Assembly: GCA_947626605.1 (NCBI GenBank)
Contig: CANQSV010000004.1
Coordinates: 28,429 to 92,428 of the forward strand
DNA: 64,000 nt
Origin: an uncultured Clostridia bacterium
GTDB lineage: Bacteria; Bacillota; Clostridia; TANB77; CAG-508
Reading direction: 5' to 3'
Shown: positions 38,039 to 48,437 of the stretch, piece after piece
How positions within the stretch are numbered: the stretch's first letter is position 1
Layout of the letters: every line of letters starts with the position of its first letter
The notes under the pieces: generated by a model
The model's input: the letters and a program-made list of their open reading frames with translations, nothing else
Told to the model about the DNA's origin: nothing
The model's database searches: none
Translations under genes and position numbers: made by a program

Positions 38039-38695
38039 ATGATTCTTAAAATATTAAAGATAAATACTAACTTAGGTTCACCTACAAATTGCTATATAAT
38101 TACTGATGAAAATACTAAAGAGACAATGATTATTGATCCAGCAGGAGAAGTTGATAAAATAACTGAAATGTTGGATATATTACATGCTAAAGTTAAATAT
38201 ATATACTTAACACATTGTCATGGGGATCACATAGGAGGAGTAGAAGAGTTAAAAGCTAAAGTTGGAGGAAAAATTTTAGCACATAGAATAGAAAGTGAAA
38301 ATATAAAAAATCCAGCCACAACTCTTAATTATTATATAGGAATGAAAGATTCTATGATTGAAATAGATTCTAGAGTAGATGAAAATGATTTGATTCATAT
38401 TGGAGATATAGAATTTAAAGTAATTCATACGCCAGGTCATACAAGTGGCGGGTCATCATTATATTGTGAAGAACACAAAATGGTATTTACAGGAGATACA
38501 CTTTTTAGAGGAACATGGGGAAGAACTGATTTGCCAACAGGGGATGTAAAGCAAATAATGGATTCTATAATGAAAAAATTATTAATACTTCCCGAAGATA
38601 CTATAGTATATCCTGGACATGGTAAAGCTACCATGATAAAAGAAGAAAAACCAATATATTTTGAATTAAAGCCAAGAGGACTTTATTTTGATTAA
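38039..38695 (+). CDS. MBL-fold metallo-hydrolase
   Basis: HCHGDH motif, followed by further H and D ligands. Confidence 0.75.
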   Translation: MILKILKINTNLGSPTNCYIITDENTKETMIIDPAGEVDKITEMLDILHAKVKYIYLTHCHGDHIGGVEELKAKVGGKILAHRIESENIKNPATTLNYYIGMKDSMIEIDSRVDENDLIHIGDIEFKVIHTPGHTSGGSSLYCEEHKMVFTGDTLFRGTWGRTDLPTGDVKQIMDSIMKKLLILPEDTIVYPGHGKATMIKEEKPIYFELKPRGLYFD

Positions 38696-38717
38696 CAAGG
38701 TATAAGGAGAGATAATT

Positions 38718-39968
38718 ATGATAAACAAACCAAAAGGAACTAGAGACATATTGCCAAACGAATCATATAAATGGGCATATGTAGAAAATATAGCAAATAA
38801 TATATTTAAAAATTATGGTTATAAAGAAATAAGAGTACCAGTTTTTGAAAGTACAGAATTGTTTGCAAGAGGTGTAGGAGAAACAACTGATGTTGTGCAA
38901 AAAGAAATGTATACATTTGATGATAAAGGTGGAAGAAGTATAACATTAAGACCAGAAGGAACAGCTGGTGTAGTTAGAGCATATCTAGAAAATGGAATGG
39001 GCTCATTACCATCACCAGTAAAATTGTGTTATGCAATGCCAATGTATAGATATGAAAATGTACAAAAGGGACGTTATAGAGAATTTAGACAAATAGGAGC
39101 AGAATTATTTGGAGTTTCATCATATTTAGCTGATGTAGAAATAATTCTAATGGCAGATGCACTTATAAAAAAATATAACATTAGTGATGTTACTTTAAAT
39201 ATAAATAGTATAGGATGTAAAGAATGTAGAAAAAGCTATCAAAAAGCACTAAAAGAGTATATAAATTCTAAAATAGATTGCTACTGTGAAACTTGTAAAA
39301 GCAGACTAGAAAAGAATCCTATGAGAATATTAGATTGTAAAGAGAAAAAATGTAAAGAAGCAAATGTTAATGCACCTAAAATATTGGATTATTTATGTGA
39401 TGAATGTAAAGAACATTTTGAAAATGTAAAAACAGCTTTAACAGATGCTGGCATAAAATATAAAGTAGATTCTAGTATAGTAAGAGGATTAGATTATTAT
39501 TCAAAAACAGTATTTGAATTTGTATCAGATAAAGAAAACTATACAATTCTTGCAGGTGGACGATATGATGGATTAGTTGAAGAATTAGGAGGAGTACATA
39601 CACCAGCAATAGGTTTTGCTATGGGAGAAGATAGATTAATAGAGGTTTATGAAAAATATAACAAAGAAAGTTTAGTACAAGAAAATACACCAGACATATA
39701 TATTGCTAATATTGGAGAAAAAGCAGAAAAATTTGTAACAATATTATCAAAAGAATTACGTGACAACGATATATATGTAGAAAAAGACATATCTGAAAGA
39801 AGCTTAAATGCTCAACTAAAATATGCAAATAAAACAAAAGCAAAATATGCATTAATAATAGGAGAAAATGAAGTAGAAAAAGGAAAAGCAAAACTAAAAG
39901 ATATGGCAAAAGGAGAAGAAATAGAAATTGAATTAAAATCAGAGGCAATTATTAAAATGATAAAATAA
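38718..39968 (+). CDS. hisS: Histidyl-tRNA synthetase
   Basis: Class II motifs (GTRDILP, RYE..FRQ, GGRYD) and a C-terminal anticodon-binding domain. An inserted Cys-rich segment (CKECRK...CYCETCK) is present. Confidence 0.9.
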   Translation: MINKPKGTRDILPNESYKWAYVENIANNIFKNYGYKEIRVPVFESTELFARGVGETTDVVQKEMYTFDDKGGRSITLRPEGTAGVVRAYLENGMGSLPSPVKLCYAMPMYRYENVQKGRYREFRQIGAELFGVSSYLADVEIILMADALIKKYNISDVTLNINSIGCKECRKSYQKALKEYINSKIDCYCETCKSRLEKNPMRILDCKEKKCKEANVNAPKILDYLCDECKEHFENVKTALTDAGIKYKVDSSIVRGLDYYSKTVFEFVSDKENYTILAGGRYDGLVEELGGVHTPAIGFAMGEDRLIEVYEKYNKESLVQENTPDIYIANIGEKAEKFVTILSKELRDNDIYVEKDISERSLNAQLKYANKTKAKYALIIGENEVEKGKAKLKDMAKGEEIEIELKSEAIIKMIK

Positions 39969-40003
39969 TAAGTGGAAGAAATTTATATTTTGTATCGTTT
40001 TTA

Positions 40004-40035
40004 TGGGAGAGTTGTACTCTCCTGATTATTTTATT
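40004..40035 (+). terminator. Intrinsic terminator gggagagttgtactctcc plus T-rich tail
   Basis: Hairpin plus tgattatttta immediately after hisS. Confidence 0.5.
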
Positions 40036-40085
40036 AAATTGAGTAATTTGTATTAAAATATATTGAAATACTAGGAGTGATTTGA

Positions 40086-41909
40086 TTGATAAAAGAAACT
40101 AAAAGTATTATGAAGAAAAATGGAAAGAAAATAATTCTTTTCGAATTTATATTTAAAATATTAACTTTATTAATAGCAATACCAGTTTTCCTAAATATGT
40201 TTAAACTAATTATGAAATTTACAGGATATAAATATCTAACTCTAGAAAATATATTTAGTTTTGTACTAAATCCAATTACATTAGTATTATTATTAATATT
40301 GCTTATAATAATAGCTTTTTATTCGATTTTTGATATGGGTACAATTATTATACTTTTAGATGCTTCTAAGCAGAATAAAGAAATGAACTTAAAAGATGCT
40401 GTTAGATTATCATTTAAAAAATCTATTAGAATATATAAACCTAGCAATTTAGGATTGTTATTATTAGTGTTATTCTTAATACCATTTTTTAATATAGGTG
40501 TTGGCTCTGGAGTAATTACATCAATAAAAATACCTGAATTTATAATGGATTATATAAATGCTAATAAAGTTTTATGCGCAATATATACAGTGGGAATAGT
40601 TTTATTAATTTCGTTATTGTTGAGATGGATGTATTCTTTACACTATTATTTCTTAGAAAATAAAACTTTTAAGGAAGCACATAAAAGTAGTACAGTGTTA
40701 TCTAAAAAAAGTAATTTAAGAGACTTGTGGGATTTAACTTGGCCACAAATATTACTTTATGTAGCTTATATATTATTAGTGGTTATAGAAATTTTAGTAA
40801 TTGTTGTAATAAACAATGTATTACATAGCTTGGCTTTATTAGATTCTGTACTAATTTCAATTATTGTTATACTTATGATGATATCATTGGTAATATTTTC
40901 AATCGTAAGTACAGTATTTGGAAGTGTATGTACAAGTGCATTATTCTACAAGCATAAAGAGCAAAAAGGAGAAAAAGTACAGCATATAGATGTAAATGAA
41001 ATAGACGAGAAATTTACTAAAACTAAATGGAGATATATTGAGTATACTTTTATACTACTAAGTGTGATAGGAACTACTATACTTACTTATGGAGTAGTAA
41101 AAGGAAAATATAATTTAAATATTGAATATATAAGAAATATGGAAATAACAGCACACAGAGGAGCAAGTGTACTATATCCAGAAAATACAATGGCTGCTTT
41201 TAAAGGGGCAAAAGAATTAGGAGCAGATTGGATTGAATTAGATGTTCAACAAACTAAAGATATGAAAATAATTGTATCACATGATACGAATTTCAAAAGA
41301 GTATCTGGTGTTGATATGAATTCTTGGGAAGCAACATATGAAGAAATAAAAGAATTAGATGTTGGAAGTTTTAAAGATGAAAAATACAAAGATGAGAGAG
41401 TTCCATTATTAGATGATGTTATTAAATGGGCAAAAGAAAACAACATAAAATTGAATATTGAGCTTAAACCAACTGGAAGAGAAGAAGGCTTTGAAAAGCA
41501 GGTTATAGATATTATTAAGGAAAATGGTTTTGAAAATGATTGTGTTATAACATCACAAGTATATGAAGTGTTAGAAAATGCAAAGAAAGCTGATCAAAAT
41601 ATTGTTACTGTATATGTAATGAGTTTAGCTTTTGGTGATATTACATCTCTTGATAAAGCAGACTATTTTAGTGTTGAGGCAACAAGTATTACAAGTGATA
41701 TGGTAAGTAAAATCCATAAAGAAGGAAAACAAATTTATGGATGGACAGTTAATACTGAAGAAGGAATCAATAAGATGATTAACCTAAATGTAGACAACAT
41801 TATTACTGATGATATAACTTTAGGCAAAAAGCTTGTAGCAGAAAGTAAAAATAGCAATTTAATAACTGAAATAGTAAATGGTATTCAATCGATTTTTGGA
41901 AAAAATTAG
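40086..41909 (+). CDS. Polytopic membrane protein with a C-terminal glycerophosphodiester phosphodiesterase (GDPD) domain
   Basis: About 7 TM helices, then ITAHRGAS...ENT...ELDVQQTKD...VSHD, the GDPD catalytic motifs. Confidence 0.7.
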   Translation: MIKETKSIMKKNGKKIILFEFIFKILTLLIAIPVFLNMFKLIMKFTGYKYLTLENIFSFVLNPITLVLLLILLIIIAFYSIFDMGTIIILLDASKQNKEMNLKDAVRLSFKKSIRIYKPSNLGLLLLVLFLIPFFNIGVGSGVITSIKIPEFIMDYINANKVLCAIYTVGIVLLISLLLRWMYSLHYYFLENKTFKEAHKSSTVLSKKSNLRDLWDLTWPQILLYVAYILLVVIEILVIVVINNVLHSLALLDSVLISIIVILMMISLVIFSIVSTVFGSVCTSALFYKHKEQKGEKVQHIDVNEIDEKFTKTKWRYIEYTFILLSVIGTTILTYGVVKGKYNLNIEYIRNMEITAHRGASVLYPENTMAAFKGAKELGADWIELDVQQTKDMKIIVSHDTNFKRVSGVDMNSWEATYEEIKELDVGSFKDEKYKDERVPLLDDVIKWAKENNIKLNIELKPTGREEGFEKQVIDIIKENGFENDCVITSQVYEVLENAKKADQNIVTVYVMSLAFGDITSLDKADYFSVEATSITSDMVSKIHKEGKQIYGWTVNTEEGINKMINLNVDNIITDDITLGKKLVAESKNSNLITEIVNGIQSIFGKN

Positions 41910-41986
41910 TTGATAAAATTCGAGTAATATAATATAATTTCAACAGTTTTTAGAGACTTAGAAATAAAGGGTTAGGTGAATTTGAT

Positions 41987-43219
41987 ATGAGAGTAGTTGT
42001 AACTGGAATGGGGCTAGTTACTCCAATAGGTAATACAATAGAAGAGTTTTGGAAAAATGTAAAATTAGGAAAGAATGGAATAAGAAAAATAGAAAATTTT
42101 GATACATCAGATTTTAAAGTAAAATTGGCAGCAGAGATAAAGGATTTTGATTATACTGGTTATATAGATCCTAAATCAGCCAAAAGAATGGATAGATTTA
42201 GCCAATTTGGAGTAGTAGCTGCAAAGCAAGCAATTTTAGATTCAAAATTAGATATAGAAAAAGAAGATAAATATAAAATAGGTGTTAGCGTAGGCTGTGG
42301 TATAGGAGGTTTAGACATTATAGAAAAAGAAACTGAGAAAATGAATGAAAAAGGTCCAGGAAAAATTCATCCTTTAACAGCACCTTTAGTATTAGGTAAT
42401 ATGGTAGCAGCCAATATTGCAAAAGAAGTAGGATGCATGGGAAAATGTCTAGATATTTGTACAGCATGTGCTAGTGGAACAAATTCTATTGGAGAAGCTT
42501 TTAGAAGTATAAAACATGGTGAAATGGATGTAATATTAGCTGGTGGTGTAGATAGTTCTATTTGTAGAATAGGTGTTGCTAGTTTTCAAGGACTAACAGC
42601 ATTAACAACAAGTGATAATCCTGATAGAGCTAGTATTCCATTTGATAAAGAAAGAAATGGCTTCATAACAGGTGAAGGAGCAGGAGTACTTGTATTAGAA
42701 GAATTAGAACATGCAATAAAAAGAGGGGCTAAAATTTATGGAGAAATTGTAGGATATGGGGCAACTTGTGATGCTTATCATGTAACAACTCCTAGAGAAG
42801 ATGGTATAGCAGTAGCAAAGGCAATAGAATTAGCAATGGAAGAAGCTAATGTAAAAAGTGAACAAATAGATTATATAAATGCACATGGAACAAGTACATA
42901 CTATAATGATTTAACTGAAACAAGAGCAATAAAACTAGCATTAGGAGAATATGCAAAAAAAGTAAAAATAAATTCAACAAAATCAATGACAGGTCACTTA
43001 TTTGCAGCATCAGGTGCAGTAGAAGCAATTACCTGTATAAAATCAATAGAAGATTCATATGTACATCAAACAGTTGGATTAGAGGTAGATGATCCAGAAT
43101 GTGATTTAGATTATTGTAAAGGACAAGGAATAGAAATGCCTGTTAATGTTGCAATAAGCAATTCTATGGGATTTGGCGGACACAATGCAACAATTGTTAT
43201 AAAAAAATATAATAAATAA
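41987..43219 (+). CDS. fabF: Beta-ketoacyl-ACP synthase II
   Basis: MRVVVTGMG start, active-site C (DICTACASG), HGTST and GHL motifs. Confidence 0.85.
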   Translation: MRVVVTGMGLVTPIGNTIEEFWKNVKLGKNGIRKIENFDTSDFKVKLAAEIKDFDYTGYIDPKSAKRMDRFSQFGVVAAKQAILDSKLDIEKEDKYKIGVSVGCGIGGLDIIEKETEKMNEKGPGKIHPLTAPLVLGNMVAANIAKEVGCMGKCLDICTACASGTNSIGEAFRSIKHGEMDVILAGGVDSSICRIGVASFQGLTALTTSDNPDRASIPFDKERNGFITGEGAGVLVLEELEHAIKRGAKIYGEIVGYGATCDAYHVTTPREDGIAVAKAIELAMEEANVKSEQIDYINAHGTSTYYNDLTETRAIKLALGEYAKKVKINSTKSMTGHLFAASGAVEAITCIKSIEDSYVHQTVGLEVDDPECDLDYCKGQGIEMPVNVAISNSMGFGGHNATIVIKKYNK

Positions 43220-43373
43220 TATAGAGTTAATATATAAAAGCTTTGTATAACAAATCATTTTTATGAAATAATAAATAAAAATAGTGTGACTGTTGAAATA
43301 ATTATAATTTTGGATGTTACCAATTTAATTATTTTTTAATCAGATATAAAGTAAAGAAAGGAATGAAGAGAAT

Positions 43374-43928
43374 ATGAGAAAAAATATTAAAACTACAGAA
43401 GCAATATTCCCAATGCCAGTATTAATGGTGGCAACATATAATGAAGATGGAAGTGTTGATGTAATGAATGCAGCATGGGGAACTATGCTAGAAAGAGACA
43501 ATGTAATACTTAATTTAACAGAAACACATAAAACTGTTAAAAATATTAAAGAAAGAAAAGCTTTTACAGTTAGCATTGCAGATAGTAAACATGTTGTAGA
43601 AGCAGATTATTTTGGAATAGCATCAGGAAATACTACACCAAATAAATTTGAAAACAGCAAACTTACAGCAACTAAATCAGAAAAAGTTAATGCACCAATT
43701 ATCAATGAATTTCCAATATGTATGGAATGTGAATTTATAGAATATGGAGAATGTGGAGTTATAGGCAAAGTTGTAAACACATCAGTTGATGAAAATGTAA
43801 TGAATGGAGAAAGTGTTGATATTGAAAAGGTTTCAGCAATAGCTTTTGACCCATATACTCATGGATATTACAAAGTTACTGAAAGAGTAGGAAATGCTTT
43901 TAAAGATGGAATGCAATTAAAGCAATAA
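43374..43928 (+). CDS. Flavin reductase-like (FMN-binding split-barrel) protein
   Basis: PMPVLMVATYNEDGSVDVMNAAWG is typical of flavoredoxin/flavin-reductase-like domains. Confidence 0.6.
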   Translation: MRKNIKTTEAIFPMPVLMVATYNEDGSVDVMNAAWGTMLERDNVILNLTETHKTVKNIKERKAFTVSIADSKHVVEADYFGIASGNTTPNKFENSKLTATKSEKVNAPIINEFPICMECEFIEYGECGVIGKVVNTSVDENVMNGESVDIEKVSAIAFDPYTHGYYKVTERVGNAFKDGMQLKQ

Positions 43929-43951
43929 AATTGATTATAATTAATAAAACA

Positions 43952-43993
43952 CAAACGAATGATTATTAATCGTCCGTTTGTTTTTTTTTTTTT
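43952..43993 (+). terminator. Intrinsic terminator acaaacg...cgtttgt plus T13; its loop gattattaatcg matches the 1044-1068 hairpin loop
   Basis: Stem plus a 13-T run. Confidence 0.6.
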
Positions 43994-44040
43994 GATTTGC
44001 TTTTTGTAAAATGGGAGAAATTAAAATTAGTATTTATTGC

Positions 44041-44811
44041 TTAATAGCTTTCTATGAATAATGCTTTAGCAATATAAGGAATGACCTCATCAAAATTATA
44101 CCAGCCAGAGCTTTTACTATTATTTTTTCCACCATTAGGGTTAGAAACATAAACCATATCATTTCCATCAGAAGCAAGCAATACCATATAGTGAGAATCG
44201 GTTGTCCAACGGTTTTCTTTAGGTTTATTCCATACGCAAATTAAAACAGGTCTATTAGACAACAAATGATTATTGATATAGTCTTTTGATAAATGAATAG
44301 AATCATAGTAGAAATCAGTAGAATTTATACCATATGATTCAGAAAATTCTTTTTTTAAAGAATCATAATTAAGAACAGGATAATATTTATTTCTCAAATC
44401 TTCTGGAGTAGCTTTAATATTATATCCACTTAAAATTATAGCCATTGAGGTAATTCCACATCCAGTTTCTTTCATATAATTGTTCCAGTATATATTTTTA
44501 CTCCAAGAAGCATTTCCATTTTGTTTATATTCAATATAAGTTTTTTGATTTTGTTCTATAGTAGTAAATGTAGTGTAATAACCGTCTTTATTAGATACTT
44601 GTTTTTGTCCTATTCCTGAATATTTATCATTATTATCTTGTTTTATAACTTCGTATTCTCTATTTTGTACTGTATCATCAATATTACCAATTAAATCTAA
44701 TATTTCACTACGAAATATTATTTTTCTTATTATTAGTATTAAAATTATAAAAATAATTAGTAGTACTATAAATTTTTTGATATTAAATCTTTTGTTAAAT
44801 TTTTTCCTCAT
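44041..44811 (-). CDS. Membrane-anchored C39-like (papain-fold) cysteine peptidase domain protein
   Basis: N-terminal TM, then GCGITSMAIIL (catalytic Cys region) and DSHYMVLL (His); resembles Peptidase_C39_2/YvpB-like proteins. Confidence 0.45.
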   Translation of the reverse strand: MRKKFNKRFNIKKFIVLLIIFIILILIIRKIIFRSEILDLIGNIDDTVQNREYEVIKQDNNDKYSGIGQKQVSNKDGYYTTFTTIEQNQKTYIEYKQNGNASWSKNIYWNNYMKETGCGITSMAIILSGYNIKATPEDLRNKYYPVLNYDSLKKEFSESYGINSTDFYYDSIHLSKDYINNHLLSNRPVLICVWNKPKENRWTTDSHYMVLLASDGNDMVYVSNPNGGKNNSKSSGWYNFDEVIPYIAKALFIESY

Positions 44812-44968
44812 AAAGCACCTCCAAACTATTTTCAGTATAAAGGAAATAATCTTTTAGTGTTTTAATAAAAACTTAATAAAATCTTAAATTTTTCTTACAA
44901 TTTCGAGAAAAAATAGAAATAGATAAAGCTTTATGGTAGAATGCAATTAATTAAAAAAGGAGAGGACA

Positions 44969-45653
44969 ATGAATATTTTAGTTTTAGATGATGAAAAAGA
45001 AATAGCTGATTTAGTGGAATTATATATGAAAAACGAAAATTATAATGTTTTCAAATTCTATGATTCAAAATCTGCGATTGATTGTATAAATAAGCAAAAA
45101 ATAGATTTGGCTATCCTAGATGTAATGATAAAAGATATTAATGGATTTGAGGTATGTAGGAAAATACGAGAAAAGGGTCTAAATTTCCCAATAATAATGC
45201 TAACTGCTAAGATTGAAGATAAAGATAAAATAGAAGGACTTACAGTTCGGAGCAGATGATTATATAGTAAAACCTTTTAATCCTTTAGAACTTGTTGCAA
45301 GAGTGAAATCAGCATATAGAAGATATACAAAGTATAATGAAAAAAGTGAGGATAATATTATTTATATTAATGGCTTAGAATTGAATGAAAATAAACATAT
45401 CTGCAAATTATATGATGAAAAGATAGATTTAACACCTATAGAATTTGATATACTATTATATTTAGCACAAAAAAGAGGCAATGTAGTAAGTTCGGAAGAA
45501 TTATTTGAAAAAGTGTGGAAAGAAAAATATTTAGAAAACAATAATACAGTAATGGTTCATATAAGAAGAATAAGGGAAAAGCTAAAAGATGATAGTAAAA
45601 CACATAAATTTATAAAAACAGTTTGGGGAGTAGGATATAAAATTGAACAATAA
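44969..45653 (+). pseudogene. OmpR-family response regulator interrupted by a +1 frameshift near nt 45242
   Basis: The receiver domain (44969-45259) ends KIEGLTVRSR*. The +1 frame continues LQFGADDYIVKPF and the winged-helix domain through 45653. Confidence 0.6.
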
Positions 45654-46737
45654 AGAATTTATAAAATTAAAAAATAGTTTAGCAATTAAATGTATTACTA
45701 AAATAATACTATATAGTATAATAACAATATTAATATTGGAATTATTTATTGATGGTATCTATAATGATACATTAGCAAGAGATGTAGCAGGATTTGATGA
45801 AAATATTTATTATTGGTGTGTAGCTAATAAAGATATACTAATAAGAGTATCATATTCAATGATTCTTATTATAATTTCCTTTTTAGTTATTAGAAAGTCA
45901 AATGACAATATGATAGAAATAATATCGGCAATGGATAAAATAATGAAAAATGCAGAGCAAGAAGTAAAACTATCGAATGACTTAATCATATTAGAAAATA
46001 GATTAAATAGTATAAGAGTGGATTTAGTAAAAAATAAGCATAAAGCAGAGGAAGAATTACAAAAGAAAAATGATTTGATAATGTATATGGCTCATGATTT
46101 GAAAACACCATTAACTTCTGTAATAGGATATTTAACATTACTTACTGAAGAAAAAGAAATAAATAATGTTATGAGAGAAAAATTTTTAAAAATAGCATTG
46201 GATAAATCAATTAGGTTAGAGGAGCTTACAAATCAATTTTTTGAAATAACTAGATATAATTTACAAGAAATGCCAATTAACAAGAAGAAAATAGATTTAT
46301 CAGTTTTAATAGGGCAATTAACGGATGAGTTTTTTCCGATGACTCAAGAAAAGCATTTGAAATTTATTATAAATACAGATGAACATGTTTATTTTCACGG
46401 AGATGGAGACAAATTAGCACGAGCATTTGGAAACTTAATAAAAAATGCAATAAATTATAGTTATGATAATACAAATATAGAGATTAATGTATCAAAAAAA
46501 CAAGATAAAATACGCATAAGTTTTAAAAATAAGGGAGAAAAAATCCCAGAATATAAATTAGATAAAATATTTGATAAGTTTTACAGAGTAGATGAATCAA
46601 GAGCAAGCAATACAGGAGGAACAGGCTTAGGTTTAGCAATAACAAAAGAAATAATAGAATTGCATGATGGAAAAATTAATGTTAAGAATAATGATGAATA
46701 TATAGAATTTGATATTGAATTTAATTCTATTATTTGA
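45643..46737 (+). CDS. Sensor histidine kinase (TTG start overlapping the RR stop)
   Basis: Two TM helices, H-box MAHDLKTPLTS, and N, G1 and G2 boxes. Confidence 0.8.
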   Translation: MNNKEFIKLKNSLAIKCITKIILYSIITILILELFIDGIYNDTLARDVAGFDENIYYWCVANKDILIRVSYSMILIIISFLVIRKSNDNMIEIISAMDKIMKNAEQEVKLSNDLIILENRLNSIRVDLVKNKHKAEEELQKKNDLIMYMAHDLKTPLTSVIGYLTLLTEEKEINNVMREKFLKIALDKSIRLEELTNQFFEITRYNLQEMPINKKKIDLSVLIGQLTDEFFPMTQEKHLKFIINTDEHVYFHGDGDKLARAFGNLIKNAINYSYDNTNIEINVSKKQDKIRISFKNKGEKIPEYKLDKIFDKFYRVDESRASNTGGTGLGLAITKEIIELHDGKINVKNNDEYIEFDIEFNSII

Positions 46738-46774
46738 TATTATGCTAGAAAGATAATTTGATTGGGAGAAATTT

Positions 46775-47182
46775 ATGGAAGAAATAAAAGAAGAATTAAA
46801 AAAAATTCAGGAAATTTTAATTGAAGACTTTAAACCTTTAGCTATAATACTGTTTGGAAGTTATTCTAGAAATGCACAAAATGCTGACAGTGATATCGAT
46901 ATAGCTTTTTTTTCTGAAGAGATAAGCAAAATAGAAGTTTTCAAAGAAAAACAAAAAATAGAAGAGTTTTTAGATAAAGATATGGATTTAGTAAATTTAG
47001 CGCAGGAGGATATTTCAGATGGATTAAAATATGAAATTCTTGCTAATGGAATTGTTTTGTATTGTGCAGATTCATATAAATTCGAAATATATAAATTAGA
47101 TACTTTTAGGGATTATTTAGAGTTCAATGAGCTGAGAGAAGATATAATAAATCGAATAAAGGAAGGAGGAACAATATACTGA
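46775..47182 (+). CDS. Nucleotidyltransferase-domain (MNT / Pol-beta superfamily) protein with no adjacent HEPN partner
   Basis: GSYSRN...DSDIDIAF motif; 135 aa. Confidence 0.6.
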   Translation: MEEIKEELKKIQEILIEDFKPLAIILFGSYSRNAQNADSDIDIAFFSEEISKIEVFKEKQKIEEFLDKDMDLVNLAQEDISDGLKYEILANGIVLYCADSYKFEIYKLDTFRDYLEFNELREDIINRIKEGGTIY

Positions 47183-47305
47183 GAATAGAGTACATATTAT
47201 GGATACTTACTATTATGTTATAAATAGTGAGTATTTTTTTGTAACCTTTATTCAAATTTGGGTAATATGTAAATGAAATGTTGTAGTAAGGAGATTTAGT
47301 CTAAA

Positions 47306-47851
47306 TTGAATGAAAAAATTAGCAAATATAAAATTAACAATGAAATAGATATAGAAAGAATTATAAATGAGTATAGTAATTATTTGTTTAAAGTAGTTGA
47401 AAATATATGCGGGAATTATTTAACAAATGAAGATATTGAAGAAGTTTTAACAGATGTATTTTTAGCAATATGGAAGAATAAAGAAAAACTAGATGGGGAA
47501 AAATTGATTAAACCATATATTTCAAGTATAGCACATAACTTAACAAAAAAGAAAATGAATGAACTTTATAAAAATAAGAATGATGAACCTCTAGATGAGA
47601 GTATAATGATAGATACAAATGACTTTGATTTTATGATGGAAACTAATTTTAAAAAACAGGATTTAGATTATATTATTAATTCATTACCAAAAGAAGATTA
47701 TCAAATTTTTACTTTATTTTATTATTATTCAAATAAAACAAAACAAATTGCTAATAAATTAGGCATTTCGAATGTAAAGGTAAAAACAAAATTACACAGG
47801 ATACGAAAACATATTAGGAGTAAATTAAAAGAAAGAGGGTATAGTGTATGA
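47306..47851 (+). CDS. Sigma-70 family RNA polymerase sigma factor (ECF/SigI-like), TTG start
   Basis: Region 2-like LTDVFLAIW and a region 4 HTH (IANKLGISNVKVKTKLHRIRK). Confidence 0.55.
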   Translation: MNEKISKYKINNEIDIERIINEYSNYLFKVVENICGNYLTNEDIEEVLTDVFLAIWKNKEKLDGEKLIKPYISSIAHNLTKKKMNELYKNKNDEPLDESIMIDTNDFDFMMETNFKKQDLDYIINSLPKEDYQIFTLFYYYSNKTKQIANKLGISNVKVKTKLHRIRKHIRSKLKERGYSV

Positions 47852-48285
47852 GAAATTTAAACGAAAGAATACAAAGAAATTTTAGAAATAATATTGCTAT
47901 ATCCAATCTAAGGGAGGAATGGATTATGAAAAAAAATACTAAAAAGAAAGTTTTAATTACGACAATGGTAATTATAGGAACATTATCAGGAGGTTTTGTT
48001 ACTGTTAATGCAGCAAGTAAGGGACAGCTAGCAGAAGATATAAAAAACACAGTAAAAGTAGTATTTATAAGAAACAATAAAGAAGAAAATATAGAAGGAA
48101 AAAGTTATATTAATGAAAAAGGGGAGAATTGGATAGTTTATGAAAAGCATACAGATAATGTAGATATGAAAACAGACATAAATAAAAGTGAATTAGATAA
48201 AGAAAATATGGCTTTGGATGTAACAATGACAGAAGATGAAAAAGAAAATTCAGTAGAAAGTAAGGTTATAATAAAAAATAAATAA
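47848..48285 (+). CDS. Putative anti-sigma factor or small secreted protein (single TM)
   Basis: ATGA overlap with the sigma gene. A 27-aa N-terminus, a TM segment and an acidic ectodomain. The alternative start at 47926 has an AGGGAGG RBS and would give a signal peptide. Confidence 0.35.
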   Translation: MRNLNERIQRNFRNNIAISNLREEWIMKKNTKKKVLITTMVIIGTLSGGFVTVNAASKGQLAEDIKNTVKVVFIRNNKEENIEGKSYINEKGENWIVYEKHTDNVDMKTDINKSELDKENMALDVTMTEDEKENSVESKVIIKNK

Positions 48286-48325
48286 ATTGTACTTTGATAG
48301 AGTAAAAAGAGTTTAAAAATAAAGC

Positions 48326-48360
48326 AAGAAACTAGTTGATAGTTTCTTGCTTTTATAATA
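48326..48360 (+). terminator. Intrinsic terminator aagcaagaaactagttgatagtttcttgctt
   Basis: 13-bp stem followed by ttataat. Confidence 0.5.
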
Positions 48361-48437
48361 TAATTCAAATATGAATTTTGCATAAATTTTTATAGCATCA
48401 AGTATTATTCTAATTTAGAAAGGAGCAAAGTATAGAT

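Noticed and set aside
38013-38717. T-box leader expected upstream of hisS
   Set aside because: Only 22 bp separate hisS from the upstream MBL gene and 26 bp separate that gene from relA. There is no room for a T-box, and no T-box consensus was seen.
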